DNA of 63,978 nucleotides, filler included, from Folioceros fuciformis (GCA_049999805.1; 26 parts of 26 records of this genome joined end to end with filler, not necessarily neighbours in it); one strand, 5' to 3'. Numbered from the whole stretch's first letter, positions 51,075 to 63,978 are shown. Notes: generated from the sequence alone by a model not told the origin. A program made the numbers and translations.

Positions 51075-52611
51075 AGTTACTTCCACCAAAACTTGAAACC
51101 AATGTTAAATATCTTTTCGATGCTATAGATGATGAGGAACTAACTTCAAAGTAAGTTACCATACCAAAGCATAGATGATATTTTTAGTTACCCATAAACA
51201 TAACATGATAATAGCTGATCTTCTAGCTATGTACATGAAAATGCTAAGCTTCTATTTTGCAATTAGGTATCAACACATAACTTTGAAGGTGGACTCTAGT
51301 TTGTGGAAGATAGAAGTTCAAAGAGTCCTTCCTTATTTACGTGTTATTGTGGTGAGACCAATTGTTTTTCATAATTGATGTATTGCACATACAAGGAAAA
51401 ATGTATTATTAATCTTTCTAAATATATTTTTATAGTTATTGAATGGGAAAGATTGGCGCACTTATCTAACACATGCAAGAGGAATGCAAAATGTAAGCTA
51501 GTTTAATGATTTTTCATAAGTTTTACCACATTGTGTTACTATATGTAACACATGTACCCATTGTCATGGAATTGCAGGATATAGCTACAATTTTGAAAAT
51601 TAATTCTATCTTTTTCCAAAAGTAAGAAGCTAATGTCAAATATCTCACTATGTCAAAGTATTCCTTTCGTACCGTTCTATTGAATTGAAATTATAAGAAA
51701 TACGTTTTATTCCAATATATAGACTTGAAGAGGACATCAATTCATCTTTTCAACTTATTGGAAGAAGAGAACATTTTATAAGTGTTCAATTTGATTTTCT
51801 GGTAATTAAATTAGATCTGCAATTGTTTTTGAAATGAAAGATTCATTCATTCCAATAAAATCTAGAAAACTATATTTTTGGTATATTGTTTTCATACGTT
51901 CAATATGGATGGAATTTCAACTACTGTATTAGCTAGAACATTTTTCTCTTCTTTATTGTTCCTTAAAACATTCTTTCATAGAAGACAAGCCATTTTTTCC
52001 TTTTTATATTCACAAGGAAAAAAATATTTCATGCAGGGAATACAATACAAAGTCTTGAAAGATATATTCAAGAAATATCACTTGGTTAGTTCAACGTGCT
52101 AAAATAGTCTCTATGAAATATATCTATAACAAACAACAAAAAAAACTAATATTTATATATTGATATATGTATATATTCTTTAAATTATTTAATAAATAAT
52201 ATAAGGTAAATAAACATAATATTTTTTAATTTTTAGACTAGAGTTAAGATTATGGACAACATCATAAATTTGACAAAGAAAGCTACTCGCACATCAAGTT
52301 TGATTATTGAAGTTCAGGTATGTATAGCCATTCAACTAGTTTCCCATGAATATAGAGAAAATGATTAATTTGCTCAAAATATTGTCGTTGTAGTAATCAA
52401 AATATATTATGTGTCCATCACAACGTTAGTTTATGAGGAATGTGAACTTCAATGAATTCTTGTTATTAGGCTTTTATTCTTGTTTTTTGTCCAAAGCTTT
52501 AAGTTAAAAGTTATTTTGTTTTAAAACAGAAAAAAATGGTTGAGAAAGGAAATTATATTTCTGATGTTTCAGTTGTAGTACAAATGAAGTTTTCAATCCA
52601 AACATTAAAGG
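51075..52611 (+). CDS. IFT57: Intraflagellar transport protein 57, internal exons (partial)
   Basis: Small exons encode VDSSLWKIEVQRVLPYLRVIV / NGKDWRTYL / RLEEDINSSFQLIGRREHFISVQFDFL / MVEKGNYISDVSVVVQMKFSIQTLK. These are colinear with IFT57 (W.LEVERVLP.L.V....KDWR...I..RE..IN.Q...M.EKG..M.D...V..K.....LK). Confidence 0.8.
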
Positions 52612-53282
52612 NNNNNNNNNNNNNNNNNNNNNNNNNNNNNNNNNNNNNNNNNNNNTTAATTAATTAANNNNNNNNNNNNNNNNNNNNNNNNNNNNNNNNN
52701 NNNNNNNNNNNGACTCCTAAGCTAAGCTTCGTTTTATCTATGATTAGTAGAATTTTTTCAAAATTGCATAGAAAATGCTTAGCTTTTAAGCAACCACACA
52801 AAGGAATAATAAATTTTATTTACAGTAAAACCATTAAAATAAATCATATTTATTTTTATAAAAGATATTTATTTTATTATATAAAAAACAAACTTGGAGG
52901 CAAAGGTAAAGGCAAGGCTAATGAGTCTAGGGAGTTCCATTGTACGGTTGTATGGTATTAAAAATTATTTTAATATAATAACTGTGTGTAGATATTATTA
53001 TATAATAGGGTATATATTTTAATAAAATAATAAAGCTTGGGGAGTAGGCCTCTTGGCCTTTGTGGGCATCTTTTTCCTCCAAGAGGATGGATGGATACTT
53101 CTATCTCAATTTTCAATGAAACCTTTATACTTATTTTATAAGATTTATTGTGAAGAAGAAATATTTTACATTTTATTAATCGTAATGCTTGCAGCACAAT
53201 CCATCAAGGCTTGTTCTCTGTTTCGAAGCCCAAACGCAAGACCTAAAGCACGAGAGCGAGAAGGCCACAGTGGTGCGTGGCG

Positions 53283-54286
53283 ATGGCGCGTTACGACAGA
53301 GCCATCACTGTGTTTTCTCCAGACGGCCATCTCTTCCAGGTGGAGTATGCTTTGGAGGCAGTGCGGAAGGGAAATGCGGCTGTGGGAGTGCTGGGCACTG
53401 ACATTATTGTTCTAGGAGTAGAGAAGAAGTCCACTGCCAAGCTGCAGGATGCCAGGTGATGGTTTCTCGTGTCATCCATCGGTTTGGTGGCTCGCGTTGC
53501 GAATTGTGGTGTTTTAGGGCAGGGCTACTTTGGAGCGTGGTTGAGCTGAGCTGACGTGATTTGCAGGGCGAGAGGGTGTGCACACAAGAGCTGGTCACTG
53601 ATGACCTAATTGTTCGTGCTTTTCAGGACTGTTAGGAAAATTCTGAGACTGGACGAGCACATCTCACTGGCCTTTGCCGGATTGACTGCAGACGCCCGTG
53701 TTCTGGTGAATAGGGCCCGTGTTGAGTGCCAAAGCCACAGACTGACTGTCGAGGACCCGGTGACAGTGGAGTATATCACTCGCTTCATCGCAGGTTTGCA
53801 GCAGAAGTATACTCAAAGTGGAGGTGTGCGGCCTTTTGGAATTTCTACCTTGATTGTCGGATTTGACCCATACACCAACGTGCCTTCCCTCTACCAGACA
53901 GATCCGTCTGGGACTTTTTCTGCATGGAAGGCTAATGCTACGGGCAGAAACTCCAACTCGGTGCGGGAATTTCTGGAGAAGAATTACACAGAGACATGTG
54001 GGGCTGAAACCGTGAAACTGGCTGCCCGAGCTCTTCTCGAGGTATGTATGTAGGGCAAGTTTGGAGGAGTAACTTCGTGTCTGTCCATCTTCACGCTGAA
54101 CCGTCACGCACTGTCTGTGTTCAGGTTGTGGAAAGTGGCGGAAAGAACATAGAGATTGCCGTAATGACCAAGGAGACAGGTTTACGGCTACTTGAAGAGT
54201 CTGAAATCGAAGAGATAGTCGCTGGCATAGAGGCAGAGAAGGCAGCTGCCGAGGCGGCCAAGAAGGGTCCCCCAAGGGACACTTGA
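53283..54286 (+). CDS. PAD1: 20S proteasome subunit alpha-4 (alpha type 7); exons 53283-53455, 53627-54041, 54125-54286
   Basis: [54 protein letters not shown] and [10 protein letters not shown]; canonical GT-AG introns. Confidence 0.97.
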
Positions 54287-56556
54287 GGCCTTTCCTGTCC
54301 CTGTTGCGTATCACACAAACGTGCTCCTCTTGCTTGTTAGTGCTATGCAGGACCCCAGCCCGGAGTTAGAGCCTTCTTGTCCGTCTTGCTTCATTTCATG
54401 CTGCCTGAGCCTCCAACACGTATTTCCTTGGTAGTGAAGGCATGCTTTCCTCGAGCCTTCGATCCTAGGTTATTGCAAAATCTTGCATCTTCCCTCACTT
54501 CATACCGTGCTTCGCTCTAGAAACGTCGGCAGATAGATAACCTTATTTGTACCGCCTTTTGGCGGCATCACTGGTCCCAGGGCCGAGAAGAAACCCATAC
54601 CCACGTGTTGACTCACATGGAAATATATGAAGCGCACGCGCATATTTGAACCATATGTATACTAACATGTATGTCCATACACCTGTGCCGTTCAGCACGT
54701 GCGGAAGGAAATTGACCTGGAAAACGCGAAAACAGCACGGGTCCGGAAGGAAATGGACCCGGCAAAACGCACGTGCTTTGTGTGATAGACCGCGTGGAAG
54801 CGGGACGCGGAAAGTTACATGACCACATGCTTAAAATGCAGGGAAACGCGGTACGATCGACACAAAAATCGGAGCGTGGTAGTCGGCCTCGTGCTTTTTG
54901 GCCACGCTCGCCTGAAGGCAAGCCGAAAACTTTGCTTGGAAGCTCAGTGCCGCGCGGGTCGCTCCTGGCTCTGCTCTTCGCGCTCTCAGCTCTCAGGTCG
55001 CATGGTTCCCCGAATCTGGTAATGGGATGTGAAATCGGCCCAAGACGACGTCGATTTGCACACTAAACACGCGCGCCAGCTGCTGTTGGAGACTCGGGAT
55101 GCCTGCTTGCAAACTCTGCTGAGGAGGAGGAGGANNNNNNNNNNNNNNNNNNNNNNNNNNNNNNNNNNNNNNNNNNNNTTAATTAATTAANNNNNNNNNN
55201 NNNNNNNNNNNNNNNNNNNNNNNNNNNNNNNNNNAGGCGATAGGCTTGATCAATCAAGGGAGAGGTCAAGGATGTAAATTGGGCGATTCTTGGCCTTGCA
55301 AGACTTATCACTTGCGGTGAAATTGAGAACGATAGGCGTGATCAATCAAGGTCAAATTGAGAACGTGATCAAAGAGATAGGCGAGATGGTGATCAATCAA
55401 GGTCATGAGGGTTTAGAAGGCTTCTTCTACCTTGAAACATGGTGGCTAGTAGAAGAAGCCCACCACCAGCCCTATTATCATGTCACAATGGTGCTCTTAG
55501 TGAGAGCATCAAGAGCACTCCAGAAGAACAAATTGTCTAAACCTTGCAACTTATCAAGATTAGTATAGTATTTTGAAGAGGAAGGGGAGGAGTACAAGAA
55601 CACCCAACAAGTTCATGAGACCAACACACTTCACTTTAGTCAACAAGGGTAAGGAAGATGGCCTTTTCGTTCTTTTTCGTCCTTCAGCTTGGTCATCTTC
55701 CTCATCCTGCAAACCAGAAGAGGATGGTAGGCTTGCTCTCCGGCTATCTAAAGAGGATGGTAGGCTTGCTCTCTGGCTATCTAAACATTAAGTGTGGCAT
55801 GTTCCGTAACTCTCTTCGGGCATAGTGTTGCAAATGCAAATTGTGTGGAAACCGCGAATATAATAAACTGGAATGCGAATTGTGTGGAAACTGTGAATAT
55901 AGTAAACTAGAATACAAACACCTCCCACCTATCGAACTTTTCCAAATTATTGCTGTGCAGGTAGGCCAAGTGTTCGCATTAACTGGCCTATTTAGTTGCT
56001 CGATTGTGTCAAAGCAAGATGAAATAGTCTGGAATTAAATGAGCTTTAGTTTCAGTCTGCATGGAGCCTTTCGATCATCGGTCACCGTAAGAGACATTTG
56101 CGTACACATACTTCTGGACTGAAACGGTGCAAAAGCGGTGCAGGAAGGCCCAAAAGATGCGGGAGAAGGTTCCTGAAACGCGCAGCGTAAAAACCACCCC
56201 CGCTTCAGCTAGAGTTGCTCGGTACTACGACATCTTTTCATCGAACTGAGACCAAGTTCAGTCATCCGACCAGTGTATGCCTCCGAACCTCTCCAGTTAG
56301 GCAATCAAAACAAAATTTCACTTCAACAAATAAATGTGTAAGCTGATGGGAAAATATCCGACGCTAATCGATTCCATTATACAGGGCAGGAATACACTGC
56401 CAGAGCTCGTGGACCTACGGCTCCCATCCAGCACAACCACAAGCTCAGAAATAGTGTCAGGGTAGGGCAAAAGTTGCTCCATATTTCACCTAATGCGCCT
56501 CACGAAACTAGCACACCTCCAGTACCCGAAAAACGTCCAGAAGGGGGAGCTCGCTC

Positions 56557-58993
56557 CTACCCGTCATCCGCCTCGTCAGCTTCCTCCGCATGCTGGTCGT
56601 CTTCGGCGTCAGAGCGCCCTCCACCATCTCCTGCAGGACCATCGGACTCCGCTCTTCCATCACCAGCTGTATCCTCCTCTTCATCACTCTCACCACGATT
56701 GTTTTGGCTATGTTCCTTGTGCGGTCTATCCTCCTTGTCTTGGCCCATCGACTGGGAGGGGGCATGGCCACCATCATCTATACAGAGACGACAGTAAGAC
56801 AGTCAGTACCCTTCTGGTGGAGACCCAGTACAAAGGACATGTTATAAGGCTCCAATGAGAAGATCTATTTCCAAACAGACATGACATGAGATGGGCACAA
56901 CCTTTAGGTCACATCAGTGGAAACGTCTCCAGCATGTAAGCACACACTAAATAACTGGTACTAACCACTTTCACCTCCATCTGAGGAATCTCCCATTTCC
57001 TCCAGTTGCCTCCGTACTTGAGACTCATACATCTGTACAACTTCACGTTTCAGCAAAACAGATTTGCAACAAGACCCGACTGGTTCCTGAGATCTTAGGA
57101 GGCACAAACAATCATCTCCCTCCGATCTGCCCAGGTCCAACTAATAACAAAATGAATACGCAAAAATACATGAGCACCTGAATTCGCTTTTTGACTGTCT
57201 CGAGAGCAATGACATCAGGAGCATGGTCAACCTGCCAGTCAGTAGGAGGAAGCACAACTTAAAAGAAGGCCCACAATGGAAGCTACCTTGACTGTCAAGC
57301 TCCTACCGAAATAGTGAAATAGGTCAAGGATCTTCGAACCGGCACACAGACCTCTTTCTCAAGTGCCTCCATAGGTATTTCAGACTGCCTGGACCCTTTC
57401 CGCTCTGAACCATTTTCAGCAGCATCACCTGCTCCTGGTCGTCCTGGAGCATCATGAGTGGCCAACTTGTCACCAGACAAAGTGGGCAATCGTGCGCCTC
57501 TTCCCCTTCCAAGGCCAGATGGCAAGACATTAGCTGCCCTCTTAACCCCACGGCCTGTCCCACCTCGATCACCTGACGGTGCATCTAATTGAGCCCCCTT
57601 TGCTCCCACAACAGGCACCAGAGGGGCATCCACCCACTTGAGATTGCCTGGACCAACCTGCACGACCAATAGTCAAATAAGCAGAATAAGATTGACCAGC
57701 AATAACTGAGTAGGGGCATTGCATCCAATGCAGTGCAACAGGGTAGGGGAGGACAGGGGCAGGGGTTGGGAGTAAGTTTTACGGAAAAGGAGAGTCTGGC
57801 GGAAGGGCTAAGCGCGCGAGGAAAAGGGGAAGCAGCTGAGAGAAGGGGGCACCTCATGCAAATTGACCCATTCCCACGTCTCCTCGGGAGTGTTCATGTC
57901 ATATGTAAGTGCATGTTTCTTCTGCTCATGGCCATCACAAATTCAAGGAATGGTAACCAATCAATAGAATGCATTTACTCAGCGTGAGCAGATGCTGAGA
58001 TTTGTGGAAGAGAGAAGGCAAGTACCTCTTGAGGATCGTAGTTGGTGATGACGCCTTCGTAGAATTTATTGTCATCAGGCCAGCGTGTCTTCACCCTGCG
58101 TCCAATGCATGCCTCATCTGGTGCAGTACCCGCAGCTCTGTTCGAAGCAGTTGGTCCCGTGCCATGAGATGGTCCCGGAGAAACTTTGGATGGAGCAGCT
58201 GCCGGATGGCGTCCCTGCGAGACAAAGCACATGTTTTACAGCCCGATAGGGTACAGACGGAGGGCGTTGAGGAGTTGCAGGGAGAGAGGAGGCGGAGACA
58301 ATACCGCCTTGCTCTTCTTCCCCCGTAGACCCACGGACCGCTTCCCTGGGGTAGGAGAGGGCAAGGATGATTGAGAGCCCGGTACCTTGGGTACCTGCAG
58401 AGAGGCCAGTGCAGAAGACGGTTGTGAACCATGACCTGTCTTTTGCTTCTTGCGTGCCACAGCCGGATCATGGTGCGGCGTGATGGCAGAAGCGGGTGTC
58501 TGGAGGTCGGGAGTCCTGGATTCTCTGGAGCGCCCACACAGGCAGAGCACCCATAAGCACATGGCAAGCAGGAGAGCAGCAGGGCAGTGGCAGGAAACAA
58601 AGGGCTCTCAGAGGGTCCGGCAGCAAGCAGAAACCCAACCTGATTTGCCTCAAATTGGCATCGCAGCGCACTTTGTGCAAGACGTCCCGATGTTCGCCGT
58701 CCGTAACCCTTAGCTCCTTCCGCAGATCCGACATGAGCTGCTCTTTCTCCTGCACAACCACACCAGGGGAGGAGGCATGACATGAGCGAAGGAGGGGTGT
58801 GGGCGAGGAAGGGGAAGGCGGTGGCCAGTACACATACCCATGAGATGGCCTCCGACTGCGCCCCGAAGGCCCGCACCACCATGGTATAGGCGTCGAACTC
58901 GAGCTTCTTGAGCTGGCTCTCGGCCTGGGTGGCGACAGGGTTGGAGCGGCCATGGTGGAAGGCCGTCTGCGCAGCCTGCGTGGTTACCCTGCC
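56557..58993 (-). CDS. EMSY-like (EML) protein, ENT + plant Tudor/Agenet-like domain, 5'-truncated
   Basis: ENT: LEFDAYTMVVRAFGAQSEAISW/EKEQLMSDLRKELRVTDGEHR. Tudor-like: IGRRVKTRWPDDNKFYEGVITNYDP/KHALTYDMNTPEETWEWVNL. An acidic tail ends at 56557. Confidence 0.92.
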
Positions 58994-59093
58994 NNNNNNN
59001 NNNNNNNNNNNNNNNNNNNNNNNNNNNNNNNNNNNNNTTAATTAATTAANNNNNNNNNNNNNNNNNNNNNNNNNNNNNNNNNNNNNNNNNNNN

Positions 59094-60092
59094 GTCCAAT
59101 GACTGTCCCAAATCAAAGGCTCGTGTCTGCCCAGCACCACTGCCGGGCCCAGGCAGCGCGCCGGGTTCAGCCCCGCGCCGCTGTAAGCCTCCATCATGGA
59201 GCCCGAGATGAAGATGAGTAGTGCCAAAATCCCGCCCAGCAGAAAGGAGCCTCCGATCGGCCCCGCCGCTCCCAGCTGCTTCGGGTCCACGGCGATGAAG
59301 TAGGAGAGGTAGACGAAGATAATGCTGTACATGAACTCGGACAGGAAGCCTGCGTCGGGGCTCAGTCCTGCACGCCACCATTGTCCGTCAGACACTCTGC
59401 TCGTCGCAGAGAATTTTAAATCACAGGCGGATTGGGAGAGACCGACGGCGGGAATCGAATAGCATTACGTGCGCACCTGATGTGGTGAAATGGCCGTCGG
59501 GGCCGGGGGGACCGGGCATTTCGAACATGCACCCTCCCAGAAAGAATCTGTCCGCCAGCTCCGGGGACAGCACAATCCGGGCGCTCATGGCCGCCACCAC
59601 GGCGGCGCACGACTGCGCAGAGATGTAGAGCAGTGTGCGGGCAAAGGAGGCCTGGCCTGTGAGGAGGGCCGTCAGGCTGATGCACGGGTTCAGATGTGCG
59701 CCTGAAGCTGGCATGGCGGCCATCAGCCCGAAGGCGTGGATGGGGATGTGCACCAGGCTGCACAGGATCGTGGGATGCGAGAAGTGGGAATTTAAGATTG
59801 CCGTCACGGCCGTGTAGCTCAGGAAGTCCACTGCTAATGTTGCTGCGAACTCTGCAAAGGCTGCCCGCCATACCTGTCAGTCAGCGTCGCACCCCGGATC
59901 CGTCAGTCTCTGTGACCGTCGCATGCCGCACAGTACAAACCTTATAATCTGCCGAAGACAACCAGCTCATGATAACGAGGACGAGTTGAACGGAAAGGAT
60001 TGCTGCTGCTGACAGGAATATTTTACCGCCGCAACGAAGAAGTCGTCGAAGAGGTTGGGGAAAGAGCGGGACGATCTGGAGGACACGCCCAT
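59094..60092 (-). CDS. XIP-subfamily aquaporin (3'-truncated)
   Basis: VWRAAFAEF, loop B SGAHLNPC, loop C LGGC and loop E GAGLNPARCLGPA are diagnostic XIP motifs. Confidence 0.88.
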
Positions 60093-60807
60093 GCTTGCGC
60101 GCGGTCACCGGAAAGCAAGCTTTCCACAAGCTTGCTTAGGCGCGTGCAACCTTACATGCTCATAAAGCCGGTGGTGATCAGTGTGCAGAGNNNNNNNNNN
60201 NNNNNNNNNNNNNNNNNNNNNNNNNNNNNNNNNNTTAATTAATTAANNNNNNNNNNNNNNNNNNNNNNNNNNNNNNNNNNNNNNNNNNNNATCTTATAGA
60301 CTCTAAGTTCTCCAGTAAGTAAGAGCAAGGTCCTCTATGAAATTTGTGATGTGTTTAAGGTACTCGTCTCCAGAAACTCTAGATGACTCAAAGTACTCCT
60401 TCAAAGAGAAACCAAAATGTGATTTGTTTGTAGTCACATTCGTCCTTGTAACATTTTGGGGCTTGCATGCTAAACTTCAATTGGTTGGACTTTCTTGCAC
60501 CACTGAAAGAGGTGGTCCTGAAACAAGGTTTATTACTATTGAGTTAGTAGGGTATCTTTTTGGTTCAGTCTCTACTTTAATAAAAGAAATAAAAATAATA
60601 CAAATTTTAATAATCAAAAAAATAAATCAAGACAATTGCGGGGCAGAAACTTTCAGCAAGGGCTCTGACTTCGTATGAAGCAAAGGAAAGGCACATCCGA
60701 AAGAAAGATTAGGTATGTACTTGTTAAGTTATTGTAGTTGGACACGTGATACCATCCAGTGGCAGTTGGAATGCGTGATTTGACGACTGTACTGGAGGGG
60801 GCAAGAG

Positions 60808-61322
60808 ATGTCCCACAAGGAGCCAGAGTCAGCCGAGGAGATTGAGCTCCGGCAGGTGTTGGCTGCACCTGCCAATTCTTCCTGTGCAGATTGCGGGGCC
60901 AAGTATCCCCGCTTTGCTTCCATCACGCTAGCGGTGTTTTTGTGCAATAGATGCTACGGTATTCATCGTCGAATTGGTGCGCACATCACCCGCACCAAGT
61001 GCATTGGCCTTGACAAATGGACGCCTCAAGAAGTCCATCGGATGCGCACCATCGGCAATGCCATTGCTTCCGCCTACTGGGAATGTAGGCACGGATGTGT
61101 CATTGTGAGTTTCCTGTACGGCAAGCCGCCATTGTGCCAGGAGTGATGACTCTGCGGTTGCCCTCGCCGCAGGCAACGTGCCCCAGGGATCACCGCGGTT
61201 GAAGCCTACTCCAGATTCTTCCAACGATCCGGTGGAGGCCTGGATTCGAGACAAGTATGAGAGAAAGCTCTTTTGTCCTCGAGATCTACCTGCACCTCAG
61301 GTGAAACCCTATCCACCGTCTG
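60808..61322 (+). CDS. ArfGAP-domain protein, 5' part
   Basis: N..CADC...P..AS......LC..C.GIHR.IG.HI...K...LDKW...IGN......WE and WIRDKYE. Confidence 0.92.
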
Positions 61323-61422
61323 NNNNNNNNNNNNNNNNNNNNNNNNNNNNNNNNNNNNNNNNNNNNTTAATTAATTAANNNNNNNNNNNNNNNNNNNNNN
61401 NNNNNNNNNNNNNNNNNNNNNN

Positions 61423-62861
61423 CTAGTAATAAGTAACTATTTAGTAGTAGATATCTATCTAGTAGTAGGTAACTATCTAGTAGTAAATAATAATCTAGTA
61501 GTAGGTAATAATCTAGTAATAGATAAGAATATATAAAGAATTAATTACTAAGAGTTTAAAAGATAAAGAAATATACTAGTATTTAAGTCTTAATTAACTC
61601 TTATATAAATTTACGATAAATAGGAGTTCTATTCTTCGCTATAGCTAGTAAAATAGTAGTATATATACGAATACTTAAGTTTTATTCTTCGTTTCTTTAA
61701 AGTTATATTCTTTACTATTTCTATACTCGAAAATCGATATATTTAAAACCTAACGTATAGATAATCTATTTAAAAAATTATAGAGACTTATAAACTAGAA
61801 AAAGATAGAATTATATAAATATTTAATAGTAAGGTTTTATAACGGACTTAAAAGGTAAGGTATAGCGCTTATAAGAAGAAATTATATAAAGTATAGAGCT
61901 CGGCTACTTTAGAGCGTTAGATATCTAATTAATAACGCTAGGTTACGTAGTTCTATAATTCTACGCTTAGCGTTCTTAGGTAAGTATAGGACTATAAGAT
62001 AAACTATAGAATTCTATAGTACTTTACGCGTAGAATCTATAGAATATTATAGAAACTATAGAAAATATTATATATATAGATCTTATAATCTAATATTACT
62101 AGAACGTTATAATTAACTTTATTATTTAACTTAAGTACTATACTTAAGATAACTTAGTTATTCTATAATACCTATCTACTATATTTACTTTATCTATAAA
62201 ACCTAACCTAAGGTCTCTATACTTAATATCTATATTTATTATATATCTCGAGTACTTTATATACTCTTAAGTATAGCCTATAATAGGTTTTAATAGTAAT
62301 ATTCTACTTAACTCTAACGAATATTAATAAAAATACCTAGGTAGAGTTACTTAGAGTTATTCTATTCTATATTTCTATTAGAAATAAAGTAGTAGTATAA
62401 AAGTATAATAGAATTCTTAGAAGAGAATAAATAACTTCTAGTTTAGAAATATACTAATTACTACTTTAAAGCTACTCTAACTAAGATAAAGTTATAGTAG
62501 ACTATTATATAACTCTAATAGTTATTTAATAATCTTCTAGAAAAGCTTTAGTACTAGAAATATAAAGAAGAGTCTATAATAATCTTATATAAATTTATAA
62601 TAAATAAAAGTTCTATTTTTTACTATAACTAGTAAAATAGTAGTATATATATAAATACTTAAATTCTATTCTTTATTTCTTTAAAGTTATATTCTTTACT
62701 ATTTCTATACTTAAAAATTAACGTATTTAAAACCTAATATATAGATAATCTATTTAAAAAATTATAGAGACTTATAAACTAAAAGAAGATAGAATTATAT
62801 AGATATTTAATAGTAAGATTTTAGTAGTAATATTCTACTTAACTCTAATAGATATTAATAA
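61423..62861. repeat. RIP-degenerated repetitive DNA with internal 241-bp direct repeat (61599-61839 / 62583-62823)
   Basis: No CpA or TpG dinucleotide was found on manual scan, TpA is extremely frequent and CpG is retained. The repeat copies differ only by C/T and G/A transitions without indels. Confidence 0.9.
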
Positions 62862-63359
62862 NNNNNNNNNNNNNNNNNNNNNNNNNNNNNNNNNNNNNNN
62901 NNNNNTTAATTAATTAANNNNNNNNNNNNNNNNNNNNNNNNNNNNNNNNNNNNNNNNNNNNTACGAGAGGAGGGGTAGGGAACCTACCTACGAGAGGAGG
63001 GGTAGGGATGGTAGGTACTCTACCTACGGAGGGAACATTCCCACTCTACGTAGGGAAGGAGTCTCAAGTTGAGGAACAAGGGGAACCCTCCCCTACCAAA
63101 CTTGTAGGTGGTGGTGAAGGGATAGCCCAAGAGATCCACATAGAGGAAGGTACGGTGGAAGCTTGTGGATCCAAAAGAAGACGAATCCCAATAATGGAGG
63201 GGGGACCCAATGGCTCAACCTTCAGACTCGGCCTCCCTTCAAGAGCCATCCTAGCCATACCTTTTTGAAAAAGGGGGTCAACGAATCTTCTATGGCGGCA
63301 CCGACAGTCCTAATCTTCATCGGCGCGCACTGCCTTAGCAACTATTGGTAGGTCTTAGC

Positions 63360-63978
63360 TGTTGAGATGTCACCCCCGCCATGCTCAAAGGAGGTTAAAA
63401 CAAGTTAGTTGAAGCAAGATGCAGAATCCCAAAACTAAGAGCACTATAACAAGGCTCTTAAACTCAAATGAAAAGGAGAATTACAAAAACAACACAATAC
63501 AAGTGAAGAGGGAGTTAGACTACATATACTAAGTGCGTTCATCCCTTCTTTTATGGACCTATGGGTGGCACTCTCATTTCATGCCCAATATGGGATAAAT
63601 GACCCCAAACCCTACAATACTTTTTTTTGCCTAACATAGCAAAGTCTAATAAGCTATATATATATATTAATCATAACCTTAATCACTCTTACCACTAATT
63701 AGTACAAACTCAATAAGCTGGATTAGCACTAATTAATCTCAACATTAATTATGCTTAACACTCCCACTCAGCGCACTTGAGTTTGCTTGAGTCCAAGTAG
63801 TCCCCTGCATTTCTCAAACTTGAACTTACTCACTGCCTTGGTTAAGAAATCTGCAGCCATTTCCTCAGTGTTGCAATATTCGAAGGTAACCTCCAATAAC
63901 TTCACCTTCTCACGTACAAAGTGATGTTGAATGTCAATATGCTTTGTCCTTGCATGATGCACTGGATTCTTGATCAAG
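63360..63978 (-). mobile_element. Ty1/copia 3' end: RNase H terminus, PPT (63761-63769) and 3' LTR (~63360-63760)
   Basis: NPVHHARTKHIDIQHHFVRE...ADFLTKA, then a stop, then GAGTGGGAG. The candidate LTR begins TGTTAAG and ends CTCAACA (inverted termini). Confidence 0.92.

Overview
This window is not one continuous locus. It is 26 short contigs (about 1-7 kb each) joined by an artificial 100-bp linker (44 N + TTAATTAATTAA + 44 N), so neighbourhood across linkers means nothing. The content is mostly eukaryotic nuclear DNA of a compact-genome land plant with short spliceosomal introns and flagellated sperm. A seedless plant such as a lycophyte (Selaginella-like) or a hornwort is inferred, not proven. 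Recognisable genes are an LRR receptor kinase, two DUF26/Gnk2 genes (one pseudogene), an ABCB C-terminus, RCCR, PIG-C, UPM1, 3-hydroxyisobutyrate dehydrogenase, TPD1-like, proteasome alpha-4, EMSY-like, an XIP aquaporin, an ArfGAP and the cilia genes CFAP61, CFAP57 and IFT57. Copia, LINE and other LTR-element remnants and many tandem repeats are also present. Two observations stand out. (1) An apparently intact secreted protein carries the Mid1/FAM155-type cysteine-rich domain (7548-8408), a Ca2+/Na+-channel auxiliary-subunit family known from fungi and animals. (2) A 1.4-kb contig has a textbook fungal RIP signature (61423-62861). All family assignments come from motif recognition by eye; no database searches were run.
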